Position numbers and translations under genes: made by a program | Part shown: one piece after another, positions 16,940 through 30,629 of the stretch | Layout of the letters: each line of letters starts with the position of its first letter | Numbering within the stretch: position 1 is the stretch's first letter | Assembly (NCBI RefSeq): GCF_009914755.1 | Contig: NC_060930.1 | From: the human T2T-CHM13v2.0 reference genome, Homo sapiens | Reading direction: 5' to 3' (one strand) | DNA: 64,000 nucleotides | The notes under the pieces: model-generated | What the model saw: the letters and a program-made list of their open reading frames with translations, nothing else | What the model was told of the DNA's origin: nothing | The model's database searches: none

Positions 16940-17345
16940 TCTAGGTTCCCTATTATCATCCTCCTTCACGCTTGCTCATCTCTCTGCAGTCAAGTCTCCT
17001 CACACAACTGCCAGATGATTATTTTAAAACAACTGACCAATAATACTCTTGCACTGTTATAAAAATCTCAGTTTAAACATTAACTTGCACTGCAATGCTT
17101 CCTGACTACCCAGTCTAAAATACCCTCCCAGGCAATGTCTTCTCACCCTATTTGAATTATCTGGATAGCTTTTATTATTTATTATTTTCTTCCTTATTTA
17201 TTTCTTGATTTTTTTTCTCACACCTCTCCAGAAATAAAAGCTTAACAAAATTCACAATCTTTGTTGTCTAATTTGTCACTGTTTTCTCAGGACCTAGAAT
17301 GTGCAGGGAATATTAACAGTGCATTTGTTGCATAAATAAATAAAA
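16940..17345 (+). mobile_element. L2 3' end
   Basis: atgcttcctgactacccagtctaaa...ggacctagaatgtg...atttgttgcataaataaat. Confidence 0.65.
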
Positions 17346-17945
17346 GGGCATATACATATATATAGAGAGAGTTTTTTGGAACAGGAAGCTTTGTAATATC
17401 ACAGTTTAGAAATATTTCATAAGGCATTGAGTTGCATTCTTTTAATACTTGAACATATTTCTCTGACTTCAGTGCAAACCCACAAAGGTAGTATCGGACA
17501 TTTAACCATCAAGCTGAAGCCAAACTTATATTTAACGAGCTAATATCAACATGTTGTGCCCTATGGGGTAATGACTGACATGTGCTTAACAAATCGTCAC
17601 CACCACAGGGTAGGGAGATGATTAGGATCAGTTTTCTGCCCTACCATATCCTCAATGGCTCTCAGTTATTTCTTCCGTGTTTTGGAGAGAATATTTCTCT
17701 ACTTTGTTTCTTTGACTATTTTCTTTCAAAAATAAAAGAATCTTTTTTTCTCATTACATTTTATTTGTAATTGCTGAAGCTACTTAATTTTACATTAATT
17801 TTCAATGTTTCAAAATAAGTTGTAGTTTATGAACAACAAAAAAGCTCACTAAGCTTAATGACAGTATTTACACTAATTTGATGATTGGCTTACTTATTTT
17901 CTGTAATAACCAAGAAAACAGATTAGCTTATAAAGCATATAAGGT

Positions 17946-18810
<865 letters not shown>

Positions 18811-19719
18811 TGCACATATACAGGCAGATAGATACATAAACCATAAACAGATACATAGAAAGATACATGGATAGATAGATATATAATAAGAAAATATGTG
18901 AGCAATAATTCTTTTTTTATAAATTTAACTATGTTAGTTGCTAATTTCCAGACTTATATCCTAAAATGTAAATAATACATTGAATAAACCACTTTAATGG
19001 TTGCATATTAACTTATAAAATAGATTTTTGCTAATATTACATTTTTATTGAGAATATATTCCTATCAAAAATTTGAATGAGCAAAGTGCATTGGTTCCAT
19101 GTGTATTTATTTTCTACATATAAAAATTGAATTTATATTTATATTTAAAAATATTAAAATTATCTATTATCTATATTTACATTGAAGTTACAACTCTATG
19201 AATGATAAATTAATACTTTGGAAGTAATGAAAGAAAGCTCCTAGAAGAAATCTGATATTTTGAACTAACAATGTGAGAAATTCACATTATCTCAATTAAA
19301 GTATTTTATTGATATTTGGGACATCTAATGACCTTCTCTCCAAGACCTTGAGGACAGAAAAATGAATTGTTTCTGAAAATTAACTGTAAATTCATTATGT
19401 AATGGATTGGCATGGTGCTACAAAGTCACTTCAAAGATGCTGTCCAAGACTGTCAGATCTGGCTGTAATCTGTTAAACACAGTATTAACATGTCTGGAGA
19501 ACGACTGAGCGAATTGAAAGTGGGGGTCGCTGAGAAGGAAGGTGAAAAGAAGAGCCATGGAAGCAATATTAGGCAGAGTCTTCAAGCAGATTCTAAGGAG
19601 GAGTAAACGCTGATATAAAAAACTCCACTGGAACAAGCCCAGTATTAAATATGCCACCACTGTGCATGTGGATGCTTTGAACTTTCTTTGTGTAATAAAG
19701 CATGCAAATCACATAACTC

Positions 19720-19960
19720 ATAATCCTTAATATGTATTGAGTTCTCAGCTCACAAATACAGTGCATAGCACATTACATACAATAGTTTATGTAAGCTTCA
19801 ACTCAACTAGATGAGATGTGTACTATTGTCTCCATTTCATAAAAATTATCTCCATTTTATGAAAATTCACTTGCTAAAAACTGCAAAGTTAATGAGTAAC
19901 AGACTAATAGTCTTAAACCACTGTGTCTGACTTCAGAGCCCATGCTCGATTACTCTGCTA
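19720..19960 (-). mobile_element. MIR
   Basis: tactattgtctccatttcat...cacttgctaaaaactgcaaagttaatgagt...tctgacttcagagccc. Confidence 0.7.
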
Positions 19961-22900
19961 AGCTAATATTTTCCAGATTCAGATTCTAAATTCAACAAGT
20001 TCAGTTACAATTATAATTCAGGTTTACATTTACTTGTTCAAAGAAAGAATGTGTGCTTGATGGAGAGTATATCTCTTCAGACTTTGATGTGGTTCTATTT
20101 CTTGTCACAAAATAATAGACTGTTATACATTTATAACTTAATATTCGGTTATATTTGATTTCTCAGTAGCTTTCCCAAATAGATAAAATATAATAACTCA
20201 AGAATAGACACCTTCTATTCATCAGAAATTTTAGTTAGCACCATGAATTTAGTAAATACTATTTTGATCATTAGAAAATGCACTTGGTGAAAATAAGCAT
20301 AACACTGAAAGTAAAATGCACCAAACCTTACACAGCAGTGATGCACTCACTCTCTGAGTTCTCTTGGGGCAAAACCCAGAATATGACCTGAGGCACATTT
20401 TCTAATCTTTGTTTCTTCCAGTTCATTCAAAGTTGAAAATTGTTTTCATCTTTATTCAGCATTATTTTCCAAGGTTATCTTCTGAAGTGTTAGTTTTATT
20501 ATATTTAAAAATAGAATTTCCTCTGGGAACACATGGTTTTCTTAAAATGGTATTTTTTTCACTTTTTTATTTCAATGATAGAGAAGTGTAATAGGCATTT
20601 ATTTATATCAGTTGGGCTAGCAAAAACTTGTATGATTAGACCACCTTCTCCAGTGTTATATGGGCACCATAAAAGTTACTATGAGCCTCTGCAAGCATAC
20701 ATGATTTTCATTAAGATTATTAAGTGGTTAGCTCCTGACAACTTAGGGCACTCACAGGGAGCAATTAACTCTTTGGCTACTGCCATTTAGGGCAGGAGCT
20801 TGGCCAGAGTCAAAGAATCTGGGCTGCATAGAGGAAAATTTATTCATGGAGCAGCTAAGCATAGCTTAACGTACTCAGGGCTTGTTGGCCACCCTTCCCC
20901 AGAAATGTTTTATTTCTTTTGGTCCTTTCCTCTTTTTTGTTTTCCCTAAGTTTTTTGTTATTGTTTTAAAGATGCTACAGAAGGGGAAAGTGGAACCAAG
21001 TAAGTCAATACAGTTTTGTTTTGTTTTTTAACGCATTAACTCAATATTTGTTGAATGCCTCCAAATCAAGGCTTGGTATTAGGTTTTAGTAATTCCATGG
21101 AAAAAGGGGCATTGTGCTTATTCCCTATGCTCACAAGTTATTCTCTAGTTGGTTAAAATGCAGAAAATTATACAAATTTTGTCTGTCATTTATTTATGGC
21201 AACTGCAAACATGGAAGTTTCTTCATGGTTTGGCATTTGAGTTCTTGAATATTGAGTATAGTCAGGATTAAATCAATATCAATGCCCTTTTCCTTTCTAA
21301 ATAGTAAAATGTTGCAAACATTTTTGTTTAAAAGGGCCATTTTTAGGCCAATTAAAACTATTAAGTTAAAAACTGAGAATTATTTTTAAAAAATCTGAAT
21401 TATTAACAATTGCAATTTTTGTTGATAATAAAAACACACTTTATCCACTAGTAATATTGTATTTCCTTAATCCTGCTAATAATATAAACTGAATCATTAT
21501 TACCTAAATATTAAGTTTTAAATAAAAACTTGTTAGAATTGATAATATAAATATAGTATGAAAATTAACTGCAAAGTAATATATATCAAAATTAATGGCA
21601 AAATAATATATATCAATATGTTGCATGCTTCAATATTCATTTCATATGTATTTTAGAAATCACATTTAATAATTTTAGGCAGAATGATTGATAGACATAT
21701 ACTCATATGATATAGATGATATGAGTATATATATGAGCATATATACACATGAGTATATATATCAATAGTTTCTAATATTATGCAATTAACTTTGAAAATA
21801 ACATTAACCTTTAAGGTAAGCAATGGTCCCTTATTTTAATATTGTATACTAAGTAATTACAAATAGTTCAACATACCTGATTTCTGAAATATTTAAATAA
21901 TAAAGATTTTTAAGCTCATTAAAGTCATAAGAATTAAACAGAACTAATAAATCTTATTGAACCATAAATCTCCTAAATAATAAGACTGGTAGTGTATTAA
22001 TAAGGTAAGAGTGTTGGACCTGTGAAACACCTTTACGTTTTCTTTTTAAAAATAAATAATCACACTACAGCTGTTAAAAAATCATCATATCTGATCAGTT
22101 GTAAGAAAACTTAAACAACCACGTACAAAGGAAACACTATCCTCACAGTGCCATTGAAGAGGAAAAAAATGTTGATCATTAACATGAGAATAAACATCAC
22201 CTCCAACAAAACTAGTATGAGTATCTCTAGATTTATGGCCAAAATCTTTTCTAAACAAACTGAAAAATCATACAATTTCATTTGCAATTGACATTTCATG
22301 GCCCTATGTATATGCTAGCAGACAATGGGGGAAAACCTCAAAAATCGAAAGCAATCATAAGTACTTCATGACTAAATAAAGATTCTCTAGCAATCCCCCA
22401 AATCCTGTATCTCAAAGGAGGTGAAAATTATATTATTTGTATATCCAAGGAATATAAAGCACATGTTGTTTTTGATTCAAACAGAATGAATATCCTTAAG
22501 CAAATGACAGAGAAAATTTAGTGAAAATGTTTTATATATAATAAGTAAAAATAACTGGTTAAAGAAATGCTTATGATTATAATTAGAGATCTTTGTAGTT
22601 GTGTTCAGCTAGGCAGTGTTTTTATCTAGTAATAGAAAAATAATTTCTAGGTGGAATCAAGTATAACTTACCCCAACCATTAGCCAAGGAGGCTTGCAAC
22701 CCTAGGAGGCTTCTGATTACGGTTAATGTCTGGACATGCCTAGCGTGTATCACTTTGTTTCTCAGAAGCCTAATCCAATAAAGCTTCTTTTATATGTGTC
22801 TTCTGAAACATAGCACTAAAAGCCTTAACCTTTTGCAGTACAAAGGTAAAGTCATTAAAGCCATGTGCAGGCTGACATAAGGCCTGGCCTTTATTTAGCT

Positions 22901-23949
22901 AATCTGGAGATGAATATAGCAAATCACCATCTGGAGCTTTGTGTAAATCCATAAGCAAAATACTTCTCTACAATTTAATTATTCCTTATTTTATTTGTAA
23001 CTCACCATTTTCATTGCTAACTTCATAGGTCTCAGTCTGAATGCTTTCTTGTGTTTTTAGAGATTATTACAATTTTTTTTTTGTTTTTGTAAAAAACTCA
23101 TATACAGACAGTGGGAGAAAGAAAAAAGCTTTCTGTTGCTAGGGAAACCTGATGCTGAAGGTTTAGTAACAACCTCAGATGGTGTTGTATAGCAAAGGCT
23201 GTCAGCATAAGAGAACAGAAAGAGGGCCTGCTGATGCGAAGAACGATTTTAGTATGTTACTTATTGATTCTATGATGATCTTTATAAAAGAAGTAATACA
23301 GAATCTACCTTTTCCTAAAGAAGAATTATGGGACTATAATAAAGAAAGCCTCAAGAAATTTATACCACTGAAAGGTAGAATAAATGAAATCTCACCTCTA
23401 TCTGTGAGATTATAGAAAGAACAGTTACTGAGTGCATTAGAATTTTGTCAAATTAAGATTCTATTAGTATATCCTGAACCCACAGTCCCAGTTGGACACT
23501 GGCTTTAATACTATCCTTATATTTTCAAATTACTAAATTAAACATAAATCATTTGTATTACACTTGATCCTGCAGTAAGTGTGTGAAACATATATTTAAT
23601 CACTCTCCTAATGAAAGAAAAGTAATATTTTAAAATATTAAAATCACACTGTAGAAAAAAATTTCTATTTGTAGCAATAAATAAAATTATACATGTGTAT
23701 ATGTTTTATGATTTATTCTTTATATAATTTATATAATATTTACACATTTTTCATGAATCAATATGCTACTAACATTTTGTTATCTAAAGGGAAGAACTTT
23801 TATATGTTGACTCATGGAAATGAGTTATTCATAATTATACACTGTGGCCTCCCAAGACAATTTACGCTGAACATAACATAGTATCATGATGCACATATCC
23901 ATTTATATCTGGAAAACAGTTCATCTACTATATCTTGCTTCTTGTAAGA

Positions 23950-24575
23950 CTTAGAAGTTTCCTCCCTTTCTCCCTCTCTTCCTTTCTCTCCCTTCTTTAT
24001 CTTTCTCCCTCTGTTACTTTCTCTTCCTTCTTCCTTCCTTTCTTCACTTTTCTTTCTCTTGCATCTCCCCCTATTATTTCTTTCATCCTTTCTTATATCT
24101 TTCCCCTACCTTCCCCCTCCCTTCCTCCTCCTCCTTCCCTTCCCTTCCCCCTCCCTGTGTCCCTCCTCTTCCCCTCCTCTTCCCTTCCCCTCCCTCCCTT
24201 TTCCCCTCCTCCTCCTCTCCCCTCCCCCCTCCTCTCCTTGCCCTCTGCTCCCCCTTCTCCACTCCCCCCATTCCCTTCCCTTCCCTCTTTGCTCCCTCTC
24301 CCCCTTCCCTTCCTCCTCCTTTTCCCCATTCCCTTCCCTTCCCTCTCTGCTCCCCTCCCCTTCCCTCCTCCCTCCCCTCCACTCCTCTCCACTCCCCTCT
24401 CCCTTCCATCCCCCTTCCCTTACATCTCTCCTCCTCCCTTCCATCACCCTCCCGTCCCCTCTCCCATTCCCCTCCCCCTCCCCTCCCTCTCCCTTCCACC
24501 CCTCCCCTTCTGTCCTCTCCCCCCCCTCCCTTTCTCATCCCTTTAATTCTTGCTTTCTTTTTCTTTTTTTTTTTT
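23950..24575. repeat. ~600-bp polypyrimidine/polypurine low-complexity tract
   Basis: Degenerate (CCCCT/CCCTT/CCT)n; source of five spurious Pro/Ser- or Gly/Arg/Glu-rich ORFs. Confidence 0.95.
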
Positions 24576-24868
24576 TTTGGAAGCCAAGTCTCACTCTGTC
24601 ATCCAGGCTGGAGTGCAATGGCACTCCAGGGATCGTAGCTCACTGCAACCTTTGCCTTCCGGGTTCAAGTGATTTTCCTGCCTCAGCACCCCCAGTAGCT
24701 GGGATTACAGGCACCCCCTCCACCATGCCCAGCCAATTTTTGTATTTTTAGTAGAGATGAGTTTTCATCATGTTGGCCAGGCTGGTCTCAATCTCCTGCC
24801 CTCAAGTGATCCACCTACCTTGGCTTCCCAAAGTGCTAGGATTACAGGTGTGAGCCACCGCGCCTGGC
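24560..24868 (-). mobile_element. Alu (AluS-like)
   Basis: T-tail then antisense Alu ending gtgagccaccgcgcctggcc. Confidence 0.95.
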
Positions 24869-24889
24869 CCCTTTCCTTCTTACTTTCAA

Positions 24890-25397
24890 GTGACATTTGA
24901 TAGAAGAACAAAAAGAAACAAAGACAGAAATTTAACTATGCAGACATCGGTGGAAGAGATATTTAGGTAGAGAAAACACTGATTAAAAATATCCTAAAGC
25001 AGGCCAGAGATGACTGGAGTAGAAACTATAATTGGGAGCATGACAGGACAAGAGGCTAAAGCAGTAAAGGATAAATCAGAATGTGAATGTCTCCCTATTG
25101 GCCATTTTATGGACTTTGGCTTTTACTTTAAATCTCATAGAAAGTTCATGGAGGTTTTGAGAAGAGAAAATACATGACTTGACTAACAATTAAAGGATTA
25201 ATTTTGCGGTGACTAGAGTGAGAGGTTGGTGGAAATGGGAAGATGCTAAACCAGATTAGAGGCTATTATATTCATTCAGACACAGGCTAGCAGTGGCTTG
25301 GATCAAGTTGGCAGTAATGAAGGTAATGTTGGATTCTGGATATAGTTTTGAACAGAATTTAGAGAAGAGATGATGAATTTGTTGTGAGGTATGAAAG
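24890..25397 (-). mobile_element. L2, left part (resumes at ~27280-27750)
   Basis: ggactttggcttttactt...ggaggttttgagaagagaaaatacatgacttgact...ggattctggatatagttttgaa. Confidence 0.75.
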
Positions 25398-25412
25398 AAA
25401 TATATCCCAAAT

Positions 25413-26501
25413 CTGTAAAAATTTAAATTTAAGACCTCAAACTATAAGAATCTTAGAAAATAATCTAGGGAACACCATTCTGGACATTATCCTTGGGAAA
25501 GAATTTATGACTAGGACCTCAAAAGCAATTGCAATAAAACCAAAAATTCACAAGTGGGACCTAATTAAACTAAAGAGGTTCTACATAGCAAAAGAAACTA
25601 TCATCATGGTAAACAAATACCCTACAGAATGGGAGAAAATATTTGCAAGAAAAAAAAAAAACGCAACAAAAAAGACATAAACAGACACTTCTCAAAAGAA
25701 GACATCCCAGTGGCCAAGAAACATGAAAAAATGCTCAACATCAGAGAAAAACTGATCATCAGAGAAATGCACATCAAAACCATGCAATATCCTCACATAC
25801 CAGTAAGAATGGCTATTATTAAAAAGTAAAAAAAAAAAAAAACAGATGTTGGTGAGGCTGCTGAGAAAGAAAGAATGCTTACACACTCCTGGTGGGAATG
25901 TAAATTAGTTCAGCCACTGTGGAAAGCAGTGTGGAGATTTCTCAAAGAACTGAGAACTACCATTTGAACCAGCAATCCCATTACTGTATATATATCCCAA
26001 AGCACATAAATTTTTCCACTAAAAAGACACAAGCACTTACATGTTCATTTCAGCACTATTCACAATAGCAAAGATATAAACTCAACATAGGTGCCCATCA
26101 ATGGTGGACTGGATAAACAAAACGTAGTAGTTATTCAACATGGAATACTATGAATCTATAAAAAAAGAAGAAATTAATGTCCTTTGCAGTAGGATAGATG
26201 CATCTGGAGGACATTATCCTAAGTGAATTAACGAGAAACAGAAAACCAAATTCTTCATGTTCTCATTTATTAGTGGGAGCTCAACATTGGGCACTCATGG
26301 ACATAAAGATGGCAACAACAGACGCTGGACACTACTAGAGGAGGAAGGAAGAGAGAGAGAGAGGCAAGAGTTGAAAGACTGTTGAATTCTTTTAGTGCCG
26401 GGGTGATGGGATCATTCTTACACCCAACCTCAGCTTCACACAATGTGCCCAGGTAACAAGCCTGCACATGTGCTCCCAAATCTAAAATAAAAGTTGAAAA
26501 A
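25413..26501 (+). mobile_element. 5'-truncated L1PB-like element
   Basis: ORF2 pieces LRPQTIRILENNLGNTILDI; 3'UTR ends ctaaaataaaagttg; 19-bp TSD with 2 mismatches (25394-25412, 26502-26520). Confidence 0.92.
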
Positions 26502-26520
26502 AAAGAAAGATATCACAAAT

Positions 26521-27277
26521 TTAACCACTGCGCATTATTTTCACTGCTGTCACTCTGGCTGAAACCATCACCATTTATCCCAAGAGTTAATGCAAACGTC
26601 CTTTAATAGATCTTTTTGTTTCCACTCTTGCCCACCTCCCTCTTCCCATGTTTATTTTTGGGAGAATAGCCACAGTGATCCTTTTAAAAATTAAGATATA
26701 TAGTGGCAAATATTTAACCAAATTTTGTATTATTTTTTATTTCACTTAGAATAACAGACCAGAGTGGTTACAAGGACCTGAAAGGCCTTTCAGGATCTGT
26801 CCTTCTGTTACCTCTTTGATTTTCTTTTATTGATTACCCTGTTCCAAACACATTAGTTTTCATGCTTTTTCTCAGAGATAGCAAGGAGGTTAGCGCTTTA
26901 GCTTCTTTAGTGTTCCCCTTCTTAGAACACTTTTCTCTCAGCTACCTTGACTCAGGTAAACTGTCTCACCTTCAAGTGTATGAGTGCCCTTACCTTCCAG
27001 AATATACCTACCTTAACCTTGCCACTTAATTTTACAAGTTACTATTCTCATTCCAATCTGCTCCACCCAGCTCCATTTTTGTTTGTACAGAATATGTCAC
27101 CATTGAGATACTATTTAACTGCTTATTAATATGTGTACTGTATAGTTTTCATCCTTCCTCTTGATTGAAATCACTAAGAGTCTAGGGATCTTTGTTTTTT
27201 TCCATCATGTACAATTGCATAGGACACTGTCCCACTTAGTAAGTGCTCAATAATTTTTTGCTGAATAAGCAAATGAA
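26521..27277 (+). mobile_element. L2 3' portion nested antisense within another L2
   Basis: gccacagtgatccttttaaaa...gtaagtgctcaataattttttgctgaataagcaaatgaa L2 tail. Confidence 0.8.
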
Positions 27278-27279
27278 AT

Positions 27280-27750
27280 AATAATGACTAAGTCTATGAC
27301 CTGGGATAATAGAGAAGTCAAGTTTTATTTTACAAGTGGGGGAAGAATATGAAAAAAGTAGGTTTGGGGTGGGGTGGGAAAGGAGGTCAAGTATTAGCAC
27401 TTGGCATTTTAAGTTTGAGAGGACTATTAAACATGCAAGTGATGAAACTATGAAAGTAGGTAAATAGCCAATGTTTGTAGTTCAGAGAAGGGATCCAAGT
27501 TAGACATAAACATTTGGGAGTTGTTAACACACAGATTATTCATAAAGCTATGGGACTAGAGGAGATTTCAGCAAAATTTAGAGATGTTGGAAATGAAGAA
27601 GAATCAGCAGATGAAAGTGCAAAGGAATACTAGCTGAAGTGGAAGAAAAAATAAGAGAATGAGGTCCCTGAGGCAGGTGAAGTAAACATTTCAAGAAGGG
27701 AATGATAATCTGTGCCATATACTGCAGACAGATATTTAGAACACTGGACT
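27280..27750 (-). mobile_element. L2, continuation of the 24890-25397 element
   Basis: aagtttgagaggactattaaacatgcaagtga...ttcagagaagggatccaagttagacataaacatttgggag. Confidence 0.75.
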
Positions 27751-28554
27751 ACAGGCATTTTCAATATATAACTTGCATATGTAGCTGAAGAAATGAGAAT
27801 CATCATTCTCCCACAACAGTCCAAGGACGTGTGATCCAGTAGGCTACCTCAGGCTTCTCTGTTTCTGGCATCCAGCGTGACTATCTCTACTTTATACCTC
27901 AATACCTATGAGGTAAGGAAGGTATCTCTCAAAATTCTTGATGAGAGTAGGACCACAGATCCTTCCTAGTCTGAGTTCCCTATACTTAAAAAGGAAGTTA
28001 TTTTCTTCCCCAACTCTCTCAGCCTGAAAGCAAGGGGAAAAAAATTCTTCCTCAAACTCCATTCTCTCTAAATACCCTCTCCTTTATTCATGGATTGAGT
28101 TTTTGGAACTATAAGCTCCCTCATCCCCAAAATTGCCAGTTGCCATTGAGTACTTTGTTTTCTTTAAGTGCCATTAGAGAAATTATTAGTGAGAGAATAC
28201 ATTATTATAAAATTATTAGAGACTATATAAGACAATTATTATTGTCCCACATATTCCATTCAAGATGGTAAAGGAAAGTAACAGTATTAAAGTTTGTTAA
28301 TATGTCTTCTGGGAAAATTAGCCCACCCTGTCACAGATTCGATGTGCTGCACAGATCTATCCCGTGGGGTTTGGGAATTTAGACAGCTAAACCTAATTTT
28401 TCATGCCAATGTTGTTCTCTTTTCAGATCTTTAAAAATAGTCACTCATATCTGAAAAAACTTCTCACTTATTTGTAGGGAATTTTCTTATCTCATGGCTC
28501 CTGACAACAATAATCAGACAATAAATTATTTTCCCAATATCTGGGTTTTGCAGA

Positions 28555-28830
28555 GACAATAGAGTGTAGTTGAAAACTTGGGCCCTAGAATCACAGGACC
28601 TCAAATCAAACTTGGCTGGTCCAGTTACCAGTTATGCGACCTTGAGAAAATTACAAATTTATATATCTGTAAAACTAATATCATAGTAATGCCTATATTT
28701 GAGGACTGTTAAGAGGATCACAAATCATGCATGTGACACACATGCATGCATGCACACACACACACACAAGAGAGAGAAAGCACATGAAAAGTATTTAGCA
28801 CTTGGCTAGTGCTCCACATATGTTAACTGG
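28555..28830 (+). mobile_element. MIR with internal CA repeat
   Basis: ccagttaccagttatgcgaccttgagaaaattac...atctgtaaaact...gaggactgttaagaggat. Confidence 0.75.
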
Positions 28831-29002
28831 TATTATTTCAAATTCATGGCCAGAGGTGCACATCACCATGACAGATGCTCTTATGGTTTCGTGACAGTGT
28901 GAGATGAAAATATGTCTCTATGTTTTTTCTGTCTTCATTTACTCTTTGCTCTTGATATTTTGCAGTTGTTTCTTGAACAAAATCAAAGGCATGGACCTAT
29001 AC

Positions 29003-29006
<4 letters not shown>

Positions 29007-29052
<46 letters not shown>
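29007..29052. repeat. (AC)23 microsatellite
   Basis: Perfect dinucleotide run. Confidence 0.98.
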
Positions 29053-29055
<3 letters not shown>

Positions 29056-29699
29056 TAAACACTCTTACAATACTTACAAACATTTACCGAACAGATACAT
29101 AAGGGGAATTCAAGAATGTGACTCTACACACAACAAAATTAGCCATTTAAAACATTAGGGATCCCATTTCTTTCTTGAGTGTTTCAAACATCACCATTCT
29201 TCAGTGGAAACTTTACCTAAACTTTCCACATTCTCCAAAATAAAGAATCTTTTTGTTATCAGAAAAAGTTCAAATTCTCAAAAGAAATAAAATACTGTAA
29301 ATAACAACAAGCACGGTAAAAAACTAAAACAATAGACCATTCTGTCATTTAAAGTACTAAAAATATTTAAGTATGACTATTTCAATTCTCAGAGCAACTC
29401 ATTGCAGAGATTTATAATGTTTTATAGCTCATGAAACTTTATTCCCCGCAACCTGCCCACTAGCAATTTTAATTCCTTCCATCCCTGGGGATTTCCCCTT
29501 TGACACTGTTAAATCCCTTGAGTTAGTAATGTTTGCCTCCTTTTTCTTAAAACTTGAAAGACTGGTGCCCCTTTTTCTTGTTATCTGCTTACTTTAAAAT
29601 CTCTTTCAAACTCTCTTATGCTTCCACAATCCCCCTAAAATAACTTTCTTGATGGTGACCACTAACCTCCTTATTACTACTTCAAAAGGCCTCATAATT

Positions 29700-29860
29700 C
29701 TTTTTCTAACATCTAGGATTAAATTTCAGTTCTATCTTTTACTAGTTATATGACCTTTGTCAATCCATTAAAATTATATGAATCTCAGATTTTTACTTCT
29801 CAGATTGGTTGTAAAGAGAAGACTCTAAAACATTTCTGAAAGCACCCAATATAATAAATG
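29700..29860 (+). mobile_element. MIR fragment
   Basis: tactagttatatgacctttgtcaatccattaaaattatatgaatctcag. Confidence 0.55.
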
Positions 29861-30158
29861 GGATTTTTCTTTCTCACTCTGTTCATTTTGTCTTCCTTTT
29901 GCCTGTTTAAATCTTTAGACTGGCCACTTCCCTGAAAATTTCGGTTTGTGTGGCTACTATACTACACTCTGTTACACCTTTGTCTTTCTTTCGCCGATCC
30001 AGCCCCGCGCTCCTGACTCCAAAGTGCGGTGTACTGACATTTGATGGTACTGACTTGGCCCTCAGTTCTGCCCAGTCTCTCTCTCTCATCAACCTATTTT
30101 ATGTTTGTGGAAATCTAGCCTTGTAATTTCAAATTTTACATGGCTCTAATGAACACCT

Positions 30159-30296
30159 AAATTTCTTCTTAATTTTTAGTAGAGATAAGGTATTGCCATG
30201 TTGCCCAGGGTGGTCTCAAACCCGTGGGCTCAAGTGATCCTCCTGCCTTGGCCTTCCAAATGTTGGGACTACAGGCATGAGCCACCACATCCAGCC
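30159..30296 (-). mobile_element. FLAM-like free left Alu monomer
   Basis: Single arm with gggctcaagtgatcctcctgcc; own TSD tctaatgaa(c/t)ac(c/t)t at ~30145 and ~30297. Confidence 0.85.
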
Positions 30297-30629
30297 TCTA
30301 ATGAATACTTTTATCTTTATTTAAAAATATCAATTCTTCATTTGTTTTCTAAGTACCTACTCACAGGCTCTCATCATGTCCCTGATTTCAGTCCTCTTCT
30401 TGCATGACTGTAGGCATAAAAATGACCAAGAAGGTCATTTGATCAATGCTACCTATTGGGGAGTTTTTTCTGAACTGGTTATTTTTCCAGTACCTGAACT
30501 TCAAATCAATTCCACATTTAAAAAAAAAAAAAATAGCTCTGATGAGGTCAGAGCTTCCCACATCACAAACTTCTACTGGCCTGTGCAAACTAATATTAGT
30601 TGTGGTATAACTTAATCACATGCTCACTA

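Noticed and set aside
20338-20392. C/D snoRNA-like boxes (gtgatgc...ctga)
   Set aside because: Imperfect C box, ~54 nt, no terminal stem or recognisable guide
23935-24751. Five 99-230 aa Pro/Ser- or Gly/Arg/Glu-rich ORFs
   Set aside because: Stop-free artefact of the CT tract plus an antisense Alu
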